A DNA stretch of 64,000 nt from assembly GCA_001825155.1 (NCBI GenBank), contig MHVH01000006.1, positions 4,939 to 68,938 of the forward strand, in the 5' to 3' direction. Below, piece by piece: positions 37,453-46,845 of the stretch (the first letter of the stretch is position 1; each line of letters begins with the position of its first letter). Under the pieces are notes generated by a model. The model saw nothing but the letters and a program-made list of their open reading frames with translations. It had not been told where the DNA came from and made no database searches. The stretch is from Candidatus Zambryskibacteria bacterium RIFCSPHIGHO2_01_FULL_46_25. GTDB lineage: Bacteria; Patescibacteriota; Minisyncoccia; Phycocordibacterales; Zambryskibacteraceae. A program made the translations under genes and the position numbers.

Positions 37453-39402
37453 TCAGAAATCTATCTCAAGTAAGGGTTTTCCTTCCCTTCTTCGCGAAGT
37501 TTCTTCGCTAACTTCTTCTTCCATCAGATTTTCCGGAATGTCGAAAATAAATTCCGACGGAGTATTGGCTCGTGTTCGGCCGAAAACGGTGCGCGTTTGC
37601 GCGTAAGTAAGAAAAACTTTTTTTCTCGCTCGCGTGAGCGCCACATAGAAAAGGCGGCGCTCCTCCTCCGCTTCTTCGGGTGTTATATACGTTTCCTTCA
37701 TCTTCTGATGCGGAAATAATCCGTCCTCTAGTCCGGCGACGAATACAATGTCGAATTCGAGCCCTTTTGCGGCGTGAACCGTCATAAGTCTGACCGCCCT
37801 TCTCTCTTCCTTCAGTTCGTCCTGGTCGCTCTGTAGGGCCGTTTCTGAGAGAAATGCCTGTACGCCTTCCTCACTAGGAAGCTCATTGTATCTGGTGGCA
37901 AAATTAACCAACTCGTACGCATTTTCGAGCCTTGCCGCACCGTCTTCTCCTCCCTCTTTCCACTCTGTTTCTAACCCAGACTCTTTGATAATAAAGAGAA
38001 TAGTTTCAGAAATTTTTTGCTCTTTGGCAATCATGGCAATTTTTTCCAACAGTTTACGGAAAGAACTGATTTTCGACTTCATGCCGATGGGCAATGCGGT
38101 TTCCTGGCCGGAGAACATTCTGACAATAGTCGTTTTACCTATGCCGCGCGCCGGCGTGTTGATGACGCGTTTGAGATCGGTAAGACACTCCGGGTTAAGG
38201 GCGGCGCGCAGGTAAGAAATAATGTCTTTCACTTCTTTGCGCTCGAAGAATCTGGTGCCGAGAATTTGGTACGGCACGCCCTCGTTCATAAAGGCTTCTT
38301 CGAGCGCTCGCGACTGAAAGTTGGCGCGGTAAAGCACGGCAATCTCGCCGGGGTCGGCGCTGGCGGCTATGAGATTCTTGGATTTTGAAGCGATGAAGCT
38401 TGCCTCGCTTGTTTCGTCGAGGCAAGAGACTGTACTAATTTTCTCTCCCGCCTGGTTTTCGGTAAAGAGATTTTTTTTCCGCCTGATTTTATTTTTCTCA
38501 ATGACGGCATTGGCCGCTTCGAGGATTGTCTTGGTCGAGCGGTAGTTCTCCTCAAGCGTGAATGTTTGCGCCCCCGGGTAGTCGTCTTCGAAGGCGAGAA
38601 TATTTTTGATATCCGCGCCGCGCCAGGAATAAATATTCTGGTCTATGTCGCCGACAACGCAGATATTTTGCTCGGGGCCGGTAAGCATGCGCGAAATTTC
38701 ATACTGCACTCTGTTCGTATCCTGGTATTCGTCGATGTGAATGTATTTCCAAACATTCTGGTAGTAACCACGCACGAACGAATCGTTTCTTAAAAGATTG
38801 CCGGTCTTGAGCAGCAAGTCATCGAAGTCGAGCGCGTTCTCCCGCTCAAGAGATTTTTCATATACCGGCCAGACTTGCCCCACTACGTCCATGAAGTAGC
38901 CTCCTTCGCCCACGCTTGCCCATTCCTCCACGCCTATGCCCTTGCCCTTGAGTTTTGAAATAATGCTTAAAATCGCGCCCGGTTCATGGGTTTTCGGGTC
39001 AAGTCCGATGGAAACAATCGCTTCTTTTACTGTTTTCTTGCTGTCATCTCGGTCGAAGATGGAGAAATGTTTCTTGAGCCCCGCCTTGCCGGCATGTTCA
39101 CGCAATATGTGGACGCCGAGAGAGTGAAAGGTGCTGACAAAAGGTCTTTCGCTCATCGAGATTGGGCGATTGATATCGGGGTCGGACGCAAGCCTTGCGG
39201 AAATGCGGTCGCGCATCTCCTTCGCCGCCTTATTGGTGAAAGTAATGGCAAGAATATTGGATGGCGCCACTCCGGAATGGACGAGATGGCGGATGCGCTC
39301 GGTTATAGTCTTGGTTTTGCCCGCTCCGGCTCCCGCCAGTATGAGAACCGGTCCTTCGGTTGCTTCGACGGCCCTTTTTTGCTCCGAGTTGAGAGAGTGC
39401 AT
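37453..39402 (-). CDS. pcrA: UvrD/PcrA DNA helicase
   Basis: AGAGAGKT, TFTNKAA, DEYQDTN, VGD.DQ.IYSWRGA, TVHAAKGLEF, EERRLFYVALTRA. Confidence 0.96.
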   Translation of the reverse strand: MHSLNSEQKRAVEATEGPVLILAGAGAGKTKTITERIRHLVHSGVAPSNILAITFTNKAAKEMRDRISARLASDPDINRPISMSERPFVSTFHSLGVHILREHAGKAGLKKHFSIFDRDDSKKTVKEAIVSIGLDPKTHEPGAILSIISKLKGKGIGVEEWASVGEGGYFMDVVGQVWPVYEKSLERENALDFDDLLLKTGNLLRNDSFVRGYYQNVWKYIHIDEYQDTNRVQYEISRMLTGPEQNICVVGDIDQNIYSWRGADIKNILAFEDDYPGAQTFTLEENYRSTKTILEAANAVIEKNKIRRKKNLFTENQAGEKISTVSCLDETSEASFIASKSKNLIAASADPGEIAVLYRANFQSRALEEAFMNEGVPYQILGTRFFERKEVKDIISYLRAALNPECLTDLKRVINTPARGIGKTTIVRMFSGQETALPIGMKSKISSFRKLLEKIAMIAKEQKISETILFIIKESGLETEWKEGGEDGAARLENAYELVNFATRYNELPSEEGVQAFLSETALQSDQDELKEERRAVRLMTVHAAKGLEFDIVFVAGLEDGLFPHQKMKETYITPEEAEEERRLFYVALTRARKKVFLTYAQTRTVFGRTRANTPSEFIFDIPENLMEEEVSEETSRRREGKPLLEIDF

Positions 39403-39450
39403 AAGGTACTGGCACACTATATCATATGGCGCTATAATGGGTTTACATCA

Positions 39451-40443
39451 ATGAAAAAACGTGCTCCCATGGCTCCGTTGAGCCATTTCGTCATATTAGG
39501 GCTTGTTCTCTCACCTCTCCTGGTTCTCGCCAGGAGCCAGGCTGGGCAAATATTACGCATGCCGGAAAGCAAAGAGTCGGGTAATTCCCAAACTATGAAT
39601 CTTCTTGAAGGCTATCTTAATTGGAACCCCGCCGGCATCGGCGGGCCTATTCTCGCGATAGTCGACAGCACTGCTCTCGAGGCGGGCAGAATAGGCGGCG
39701 AAACATTCGTAGAGCAAGGTGGGTTAGGCACCGGCCAGATTAGCATCTATGTCGTACAAGCGGACGATACTCTAAGCGAGATTGCCGAGACGCACAGGGT
39801 TTCCACAAACACTATAATTTGGGCCAATGATTTAAGGGGAAGTACCATTAAAGAAGGTCAAGAACTGCTTATTTTGCCTATCTCCGGCGTGCGCCATATT
39901 ATCAAGTCTGGTGACACACTACAGTCAATTGCGAAAAGTTATAAAGCCGAACTTGACGACATTCTTTCATACAACGACCTTTCAACCGACTCCAAAATTA
40001 AGGTGGGCGATGCGATTATCATTCCCAATGGAGTAATCAGCGCGTCAGCCAACATCAAGTCCTCTTTAACGCAAACCTCCTCAAGCCTGCCGACTTACTC
40101 CGGCTATTACTTGCGTCCGATAACTGGCGGTAGGAAAAGCCAGGGCATTCACGGCTATAACGGTGTTGATTTAGCCGCTCCGGCGGGCACTCCTATCATG
40201 GCTTCCGCGGACGGCACGGTCATCATAGCAAGAACAAGCGGCTACAACGGAGGCTACGGACTCTATGTCGTAATCAAGCACTCAAACGGCACTCAGACGC
40301 TCTACGCGCATATGTCGAAAGTAAATGTCGTGGTGGGCCAGCAGGTTTCCCAGGGTGAGATTATCGGCGCTGTCGGCAACACCGGCCACTCCACCGGTCC
40401 CCACGTCCACTTCGAAATCAGAGGAGCAAAGAATCCATTTTAG
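39451..40443 (+). CDS. LysM-domain M23 peptidase
   Basis: Two LysM repeats (YVVQADDTL, HIIKSGDTL), H.YNGVD, YAHM, TGPHVHFE. Confidence 0.92.
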   Translation: MKKRAPMAPLSHFVILGLVLSPLLVLARSQAGQILRMPESKESGNSQTMNLLEGYLNWNPAGIGGPILAIVDSTALEAGRIGGETFVEQGGLGTGQISIYVVQADDTLSEIAETHRVSTNTIIWANDLRGSTIKEGQELLILPISGVRHIIKSGDTLQSIAKSYKAELDDILSYNDLSTDSKIKVGDAIIIPNGVISASANIKSSLTQTSSSLPTYSGYYLRPITGGRKSQGIHGYNGVDLAAPAGTPIMASADGTVIIARTSGYNGGYGLYVVIKHSNGTQTLYAHMSKVNVVVGQQVSQGEIIGAVGNTGHSTGPHVHFEIRGAKNPF

Positions 40444-40461
40444 AAATTTAAATTAAAATAT

Positions 40462-40773
40462 ATGGATCGAAAATTAGCTCAAGAAATTATTGATGAGCTG
40501 GCTCCATATAGACGAAATACTGGAGCGGTTTGGGGAATAGAGCATGATTTTGTTGATAAAATTCCAAACTCACGTATTGGGGTTTCTTTTTATGAAATGG
40601 ATCACGAACAAATCGAAGATTTTTTAAATGCTGATGATAAGGAAAAATTTGATATGGCTTATTGGGCAGAAAGATATAGAGAAAAAGTAGCATCAAGACA
40701 TGGATTTTATATAGGGATTTCTGTAGGAATAATAATCACTATTATATTTTTCTCCGTTGTTTTAAGTGGTTGA
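40462..40773 (+). CDS. Hypothetical AT-rich protein with C-terminal TM
   Basis: 103-aa ORF filling the gap. Confidence 0.55.
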   Translation: MDRKLAQEIIDELAPYRRNTGAVWGIEHDFVDKIPNSRIGVSFYEMDHEQIEDFLNADDKEKFDMAYWAERYREKVASRHGFYIGISVGIIITIIFFSVVLSG

Positions 40774-40784
40774 TTCAGTTTTAA

Positions 40785-41258
40785 TTATTTTTTATGTTTC
40801 TTCTGCCAGCTTCCTTTACTTGTATCATAATGAGTTCCTCGTACAGCAATCACGAAAAAGATTTTTTCTTTTTCCAGTAGACTAAAAAACATCCTTACAT
40901 CTTGTTTCTTTTTCTCATGAATAAACTTAATTTCATGGACCTCTTCGTCCTCGTATAGACCTCTGTATAAATCCTTATACTCCCCATCTCTCTTGATTGG
41001 TTTGATTTCGGTATGGCTAGTATTAGACAAAAAATTTGTTTTATTTGTAAAGTGCACGCCAACATCCCTCATAACATGAAGAGCTGCTTGAGAATTTTCT
41101 AACGTCATTCCATCGATTTGGCATTCTTTCTTTTTATATTTGATAAAAGACATATAGAAAGGGGAGGCTTCTGGTGCCTCATCTTCTTGTGGTAGAGTCG
41201 TGGCTGTTGGAGGGATTGGACCAGCTTGAACTGGCTCTGCACTATCTGTGTCTGACAT
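40785..41258 (-). CDS. Putative toxin partner of Panacea antitoxin (RelE-like C-terminus)
   Basis: Overlaps the antitoxin; 'VHEIKF...VRMFF....IFFVIAV...H' resembles RelE-type RNases. Confidence 0.55.
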   Translation of the reverse strand: MSDTDSAEPVQAGPIPPTATTLPQEDEAPEASPFYMSFIKYKKKECQIDGMTLENSQAALHVMRDVGVHFTNKTNFLSNTSHTEIKPIKRDGEYKDLYRGLYEDEEVHEIKFIHEKKKQDVRMFFSLLEKEKIFFVIAVRGTHYDTSKGSWQKKHKK

Positions 41259-41736
41259 TGTCAGCCGAGAGTTTCAATTTTGAATAAAAATCAAACATAT
41301 CCTTAATAGATATTTCCTTGTCAGTACCAATGTGGGCTTCTATTCCTACTCGGGCTTTCTTCCACGGATCTTCAGAGTGAGTTAGGTATTCTAAATATTG
41401 TCCGTCGTATGCACCATATACATTCCAAACATTCTCCATGTGCTCTATCTTATCGGACGAAATTGAATTGAATGTTCCTCCGTCTATCTTTTTGGTAATT
41501 GGCTCAAATCCGAATCTTTTGTATTCTAAATATATTTCTCTAACAGCTGGACCGTGTATCCAAGCTTCAATTTTTTCATCGAACAACTTTTCTTTTTTAA
41601 GGGCTACAAACCAGGCTTGAGCATAATAGATCAGCTTTTGGAGCTTTTTGTTGGTTATGGGCTTGCCATCAACCTGGGCTTTCCATATGAAGTACTCGGC
41701 AACTTGCTGAGCACTTAACAGTTTAGGTCGAGCCAT
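41242..41736 (-). CDS. Panacea (DUF4065/GepA) antitoxin
   Basis: VAEYF, ITNKKLQKLIYYAQ, IEAWIHGP, LTHSEDPW. Confidence 0.9.
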   Translation of the reverse strand: MARPKLLSAQQVAEYFIWKAQVDGKPITNKKLQKLIYYAQAWFVALKKEKLFDEKIEAWIHGPAVREIYLEYKRFGFEPITKKIDGGTFNSISSDKIEHMENVWNVYGAYDGQYLEYLTHSEDPWKKARVGIEAHIGTDKEISIKDMFDFYSKLKLSADNVRHR

Positions 41737-41865
41737 TAGATAAAGTGCCAATACTATTATTACACTTCTAGGAAAAGCAGCAATAGCCTAATCCACAACT
41801 TTCTGCAATTTGTGCATAATAAGACTTAAAATAAGGGGAATTCTTACTGTTTACATGTTCGATTT

Positions 41866-43395
41866 CTATATATCAAATTTCTTCGGCCTGTACTCTACTG
41901 CTTCGAGGATGTGGGGACCCTTGACTATATCCGAACCCTCTAGGTCGGCGATGGTGCGGGCCACCTTTATCATCCGGTGATACACGCGGGGCGAGAAGCC
42001 AAGGCGTTCAGCCGCCATGTTGAGCATTTTCTCCGCTTCTTTCTCAAGCTTCACGTGCAAGACCAATTCTTTCGCGCCCATCTCGCCATTCTTTGTGATT
42101 TTCTTACCGGAGAATCTTTCTAACTGAATTTCCCTCGCTCGAGAAACTTTTTTTCTAAATATTTCACTTTCTTCCCCCGTCCTACCCTCACTCCCCAATT
42201 CGTGCGGTAGAATTCGGTCCACTTCGAGCCAGATGTCTATCCTGTCTATGATGGGCCCGGACATTTTTCTTCTGTATCTCTGGAGAGCGGAAGGCGTGCA
42301 GATGCATTGCTTGCCGCGGAAGCCGTAATTGCCGCAAGGGCATGGATTCATAGCGGCAATGAGGAGAACATTGGCCGGGAAATGCGCCGTGCCCTTCGCC
42401 CGTGCAACGGATATCACCTTGTCTTCCAAAGGCTGTCTCAAGCTTTCTATCACTCGCCTCTCGAATTCCGGGAATTCATCCATGAAGAGCACTCCATGAT
42501 GCGCCAGGGTAATCTCTCCGGGGCGTGGCGTGGCTCCGCCGCCAATGAGTGAAACGTATGAGGCGGTATGGTGTGGCGCCCGGAATGGCGGATTAGTAAT
42601 GAATGTTTCCTGCAACGTGCCTGCAACCGAGTGGATGCCTGTCGCCTCCAGGGCTTCTTCAAAATTGAGCTTGGGTAATATTCCGGCAAACGCTTTGGCA
42701 AGCATGGTCTTGCCCGTGCCCGGAGGGCCGTACATAGCCACGTTATGCCCGCCGGCGGCGGCGATGAGGAGACCCCTCTTCGCTCTCTCCTGCCCTCTCA
42801 CGTCGGCAAAGTCGGTGGGGGTAATGACTAGTTCTTCGTCGAGTTTGGTAAGTTCTTCGGCATCAAGCGCTTCTTCTTCGGTAAGATGTTCTATAACTTG
42901 TTTCAAACTAGAGATGGCATACACGAGGATACCTTCGATAAGCGCCGCTTCGCGCGCATTCTCGACTGGCACAAAAATTTCTTTGAATCCTTTTTCTTTC
43001 GCAAATCTCGCAATAGGAAGAATGCCACGCACCGGGCGAACTTTCCCATCGAGGGAAAGTTCGCCCAAGAAAATTTTCTTCTCCGGGTCGAACTCTATTT
43101 CATCATTTGCCAATAGATACGATAGCGCGATAGCGAGGTCGAAAGATGCGCCCGCTTTCTCGAGAGAAGCGGGCGCGAGCGATATGACAATCTTGTGATT
43201 ATTGTTCTTCGGCGATTTAAAACCGGAATTTTTTATCGCGGCGCTTACTCTGTCTCTCGCTTCTTCAACCGCTTTGTCCGGCAAGCCGACGATGGCAAAA
43301 GCAAAAAGGCTACCTCTCGTAATATCTGTTTCAACGGAAATCGGCGTGACATTAAGCAAACTCGTCTGCGCGGAATAAACTTTCGAGAAACTCAT
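41866..43395 (-). CDS. comM: ComM/YifB Mg-chelatase-like AAA+ helicase
   Basis: IVGLPD, GELSLDG, GPPGTGKTMLA, PFRAPHHT, GEITLAH.GVLF.DE, AMNPCPCG. Confidence 0.95.
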   Translation of the reverse strand: MSFSKVYSAQTSLLNVTPISVETDITRGSLFAFAIVGLPDKAVEEARDRVSAAIKNSGFKSPKNNNHKIVISLAPASLEKAGASFDLAIALSYLLANDEIEFDPEKKIFLGELSLDGKVRPVRGILPIARFAKEKGFKEIFVPVENAREAALIEGILVYAISSLKQVIEHLTEEEALDAEELTKLDEELVITPTDFADVRGQERAKRGLLIAAAGGHNVAMYGPPGTGKTMLAKAFAGILPKLNFEEALEATGIHSVAGTLQETFITNPPFRAPHHTASYVSLIGGGATPRPGEITLAHHGVLFMDEFPEFERRVIESLRQPLEDKVISVARAKGTAHFPANVLLIAAMNPCPCGNYGFRGKQCICTPSALQRYRRKMSGPIIDRIDIWLEVDRILPHELGSEGRTGEESEIFRKKVSRAREIQLERFSGKKITKNGEMGAKELVLHVKLEKEAEKMLNMAAERLGFSPRVYHRMIKVARTIADLEGSDIVKGPHILEAVEYRPKKFDI

Positions 43396-43615
43396 GCATA
43401 GATTATATATCATGCAAACGAAAAGGCGCTGACCGGTGTCAGCGCCTCCGGTGTGCGTGTCTAGCCTAGATAGTACTTATAGTTATAAAAAATACTACCG
43501 GTGTCTTTCCTTATGTAATTTCACATTCCCTAAGAAATCCGGATTTTAGCGATAAGGCAGCGGGCGAAGCCCTACGCTGTCGCAAGGAGCTTGATAGTGG
43601 TATATTAGAAGTAAT

Positions 43616-43897
43616 ATGCGTAAGAAAAAGCAAAAACAAGTATCTCGTAATAACGGCTTATTGGCTTTAAAAACCGATGAAGCTTATATCACCTATGACA
43701 AAGAAGCTGATGCCGCCTATTTCTCCGTGAAAAAAGGCAAAGTGGCAAAAACTATTCAGTTGGACGAATGGCTTCTGGCTGACGTAAACAAGAAAGGGGC
43801 GCTTCTTGGTATTGAAATGCTTTTTGTTTCTCTTCGCGCTCCTAAACATTCAATAATTTCTTCTCTAAAGACTGGAAGAATTCCTGTTTTTGCTTAG
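43616..43897 (+). CDS. DUF2283-family protein
   Basis: YDKEADAAY, D....G.LLGIE. Confidence 0.8.
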   Translation: MRKKKQKQVSRNNGLLALKTDEAYITYDKEADAAYFSVKKGKVAKTIQLDEWLLADVNKKGALLGIEMLFVSLRAPKHSIISSLKTGRIPVFA

Positions 43898-43903
43898 AAA
43901 ACT

Positions 43904-44272
43904 CTATACTACATCCACGTGTTCCTTGCATGTCCTTGCCGAGGGGTTCGCCTCGAGACGGTCTCCCTCGATTTCTTTCTGGCAGACTTGGCAGATGCCG
44001 TAGGTGCCATGCTTAATCTTGTCGAGACCACTTTTGACATCGTTGTAACGGGTCTCGAGCGTGGTAACAATTGCCTTATTACTGTCATATTCTTCTAGAT
44101 TATCAGCAGCGGTATTCTCATCAGCTTGCGAGGTGTCGCGATCTACGGGAGGCGTGGCTTCCCAGTCCGAAGGATTATCGGGATTGACGCGGCCGACCTT
44201 CTCAAGCTCTTTCTCAAGCAATTTTTTCTCGGCTTTGAGCTTCTCTTTGAAGTGTTCGTAATTGATAGTCAT
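43904..44272 (-). CDS. DksA/TraR C4-type zinc finger protein
   Basis: KI..GTYGICQVC..EI...RLEANP.ARTC..H. Confidence 0.9.
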   Translation of the reverse strand: MTINYEHFKEKLKAEKKLLEKELEKVGRVNPDNPSDWEATPPVDRDTSQADENTAADNLEEYDSNKAIVTTLETRYNDVKSGLDKIKHGTYGICQVCQKEIEGDRLEANPSARTCKEHVDVV

Positions 44273-44306
44273 ATATTGGATTTGAATAAGTGTATCAGAG
44301 TGAGTG

Positions 44307-45173
44307 TTAACGGGAAAGCCTTTCCCGGGTCAGCCGGTCTATGAGAGTCTGCAGGGCGTCAAAGCTGTCGGTAATAATGAGAAAATTGTTATCGAAGAAA
44401 GAATAAAGGAGAACGGGCGTAGAGCTGGCGTACAGGGCGCGGACATCCTTGTTTCTCACGGTAACATCTCTGAAGACGTATCCGGGTGCAATCACTTTCA
44501 ACTCCTCGCTCGCGGAGAAGAGAGGTAGAAGGTCTTCCGCCATGATGTTCTCCCAGGCAAGCATGCCAGCGAAAGCGTTTTCGAAAGAAGCGAGCTTCAC
44601 GAGTATGAAAGGATTCTTCCCCACTACTCCGAGCATGAATACTTTATCGAAGGCGCGAACGAGGCTGCCAGACGCGCGGCTCTGAAGAAGGGAAAAAAGT
44701 TCCGCGGTCGTGGCGAGTCGCAAGGGTGTTGTGGTGCCGACTCTTGCCACGAGGTGCACCAGTTCTTCATCGCCTGCGCCAGAGGCGATTTCTGCGAACT
44801 TGACGGTAAAATCCTCGCGGTTCATGAGGGAAATATTTATCTCCGTTTCTCGGTCTGGTGAGATGAGTCGGCTCTCCGGGGCGATAATTGCCGGCGGGGC
44901 CGTTCTCCTCGTGTATTCCCGGTAGCCGAACCACGCGCCGAGAGTTCCCACAATGATGAAGAAGACGCTGCCGATAAGAAGGAAGAGGAAATCATTTTTC
45001 TTCTTCCCCATTTCTATCTCCGTGGCGGAAGGCTCTGCTGGAATGCCGGTGGTTCTCCGCTTGAGCGCTTCTTGCTGTTGGATAGAGACAAGGGATTCGT
45101 TCTGTCTGCCCAGGGCATCGGCAACGTCGCCTTGGTAAGTGCGTATTTGTTTTAGAGGAGATTCGGGGTCCAT
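44307..45173 (-). CDS. Hypothetical single-TM protein
   Basis: IRTYQGD, TM, AFAGMLAWE, F.D..V.NKDVR. Confidence 0.7.
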   Translation of the reverse strand: MDPESPLKQIRTYQGDVADALGRQNESLVSIQQQEALKRRTTGIPAEPSATEIEMGKKKNDFLFLLIGSVFFIIVGTLGAWFGYREYTRRTAPPAIIAPESRLISPDRETEINISLMNREDFTVKFAEIASGAGDEELVHLVARVGTTTPLRLATTAELFSLLQSRASGSLVRAFDKVFMLGVVGKNPFILVKLASFENAFAGMLAWENIMAEDLLPLFSASEELKVIAPGYVFRDVTVRNKDVRALYASSTPVLLYSFFDNNFLIITDSFDALQTLIDRLTRERLSR

Positions 45174-45181
45174 TTATCCAT

Positions 45182-45727
45182 TTATTTTAGAGCCGGGCGG
45201 CGAGGGGTGCGCACAACTTCGCCCATAAGAAGATACTTTCTAGGGTTAAGGTCTAGGTCGAAGAAGTCGTCGGCCGCTTCTATGAGCTTAGCCGAGGAAG
45301 ATTTGCCGAAGGAGACCACTTCCACTTGCGTGCCGTGGGTATTCTGCAGATATTCGACGAGAGAGACGAAGTCGCCGTCACCAGACACGATTATAATCGT
45401 GTCCAACTTGGGCGCGAGCTTGACCGCGTCCATGGCAAGATCAATGTCCCAATTGGCCTTCTTGGCCCCGCCGACGAATATTTGCAGAGGCTTGGAGCGA
45501 ATCTCAATACCTACCTTGGCTAGAGCTTCGAAAAAGGCTTTTTCCTCGCCGGATTCCGTCGAAGCGACATAAGCGATGGCGCGTACAAGCACCCGGCTGT
45601 CGAGAGCGTCCTTGATAATGGCACCGAAGTTCGCCTTGGCGTGGTGAATATTCTTCGCGCTGTGATAAATATTCTGCGTGTCTATGAAAATGCCGACCCG
45701 CTGGGCTTTGTGCTTAATAACTGTCAT
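45182..45727 (-). CDS. NYN domain (LabA/DUF88) protein
   Basis: FIDTQN, D.DLAMD, SGDGDF, L.EAADDF. Confidence 0.9.
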   Translation of the reverse strand: MTVIKHKAQRVGIFIDTQNIYHSAKNIHHAKANFGAIIKDALDSRVLVRAIAYVASTESGEEKAFFEALAKVGIEIRSKPLQIFVGGAKKANWDIDLAMDAVKLAPKLDTIIIVSGDGDFVSLVEYLQNTHGTQVEVVSFGKSSSAKLIEAADDFFDLDLNPRKYLLMGEVVRTPRRPALK

Positions 45728-45751
45728 AAAAAATTATTTAAACTGGTAAAA

Positions 45752-46018
45752 CTATTTCTTCAGACCGAGTTTCTTCTGCAAAGCGAGAGCTCTCTTAGGG
45801 CTTTTCTTTTCCAAATATTTCATATGCGACTGGCGGTCTGCAACCATAGCCAATAGGCCGCGGCGCGAGTGATTATCTTTGGCGTGCGACTTGAGGTGTT
45901 TCGAGAGCTCCTCAATGCGCTTCGTCAGTATGGAAATTTGCACTTCGGGAGAGCCGGTATCACTTTCGTGAATGGCAACCTCCTTAATGAGCTTTTGCTT
46001 CTTGGTCTTTGAAATCAC
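45752..46018 (-). CDS. rpsO: 30S ribosomal protein S15 (GTG start)
   Basis: DTGSPEVQI, H.KDNHSRRGL. Confidence 0.96.
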   Translation of the reverse strand: MISKTKKQKLIKEVAIHESDTGSPEVQISILTKRIEELSKHLKSHAKDNHSRRGLLAMVADRQSHMKYLEKKSPKRALALQKKLGLKK

Positions 46019-46103
46019 ACTTCGACAATAGCACACTTCGACTCGCCTTGCAAGGCAGGAAATCGCTTGACGATCCGTCTCTGATGATTATAATACTATT
46101 ATA

Positions 46104-46343
46104 ATGACACAAAAAGTAATAAAAGTAGGCGACTCCGTTGCCGTAGTCATCCCCAAGAAATCCCTTAAGGAGCTTGGTTTGAAGCTGGGAGACGAGGTCG
46201 TCGTTGACGTCAATCCCAAGAGTCAGTCAATGTCCATCCGTTCCCTCGCGAAGCCTTCTAAGCATCAGGAGAGGATTGCCGAGCTTGCGTACAACTTCAT
46301 TAATCGTTATCGCAAGGACCTTGAAGCTCTTGCCAATAAATAA
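46104..46343 (+). CDS. AbrB/MazE-family antitoxin
   Basis: KVIKVGDSVAVVIPK..L..LGL..GD; Y..DLEALA; upstream TTGACG..TATAAT with doubled ATTATAAT operator-like site. Confidence 0.88.
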   Translation: MTQKVIKVGDSVAVVIPKKSLKELGLKLGDEVVVDVNPKSQSMSIRSLAKPSKHQERIAELAYNFINRYRKDLEALANK

Positions 46344-46344
46344 C

Positions 46345-46725
46345 GTGGAGTATTTAGACGCGAAAGATATTCTCCGCATTCACTCAATGGCGGTGGATGA
46401 AACTGGTGGGTCTCATGGCGTGCGGGACATGCATACTGTTTTAAGTTTAGGAAATTCGCCCAAACAGGCGGTTTTTGGAGAAGAGCTTTATCCTACCGTC
46501 TTTCTAAAGGCATCTGTCTATGCCCGTGAAATTATTATGGGGCACCCCTTTCTGGATGGGAACAAAAGGACCGCCATGGTCTGTGCTTCGGTATTTCTTG
46601 AAGCGAATAATTACTTTTCAAATCTCAAAAAAGGTCAGATTGAAAAATTTGCTCTCAAAATCGTGAAAGAGCGGTTAGAATTGAATGACATCGCCAAGTG
46701 GTTTGAAAAACACTTCAATAATTAA
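46345..46725 (+). CDS. doc: Doc (death-on-curing) Fic-family toxin
   Basis: HPFLDGNKRTA Doc motif; follows the antitoxin. Confidence 0.9.
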   Translation: MEYLDAKDILRIHSMAVDETGGSHGVRDMHTVLSLGNSPKQAVFGEELYPTVFLKASVYAREIIMGHPFLDGNKRTAMVCASVFLEANNYFSNLKKGQIEKFALKIVKERLELNDIAKWFEKHFNN

Positions 46726-46740
46726 AAAAGAATGAAACAG

Positions 46741-46769
46741 TTGACGGGACGAAACATAGGCGCTATAGT
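46741..46769 (+). promoter_or_regulatory. nusA promoter, with leader hairpin at 46792-46815
   Basis: TTGACG-17 nt-TATAGT; AAGGATCGCC-TCGC-GGCGGTCCTT. Confidence 0.65.
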
Positions 46770-46845
46770 AGAAAGGTAATAGTTTGGTATGAAGGATCGC
46801 CTCGCGGCGGTCCTTCTGCCATAAAGAGGCTTAAAATATACATAT

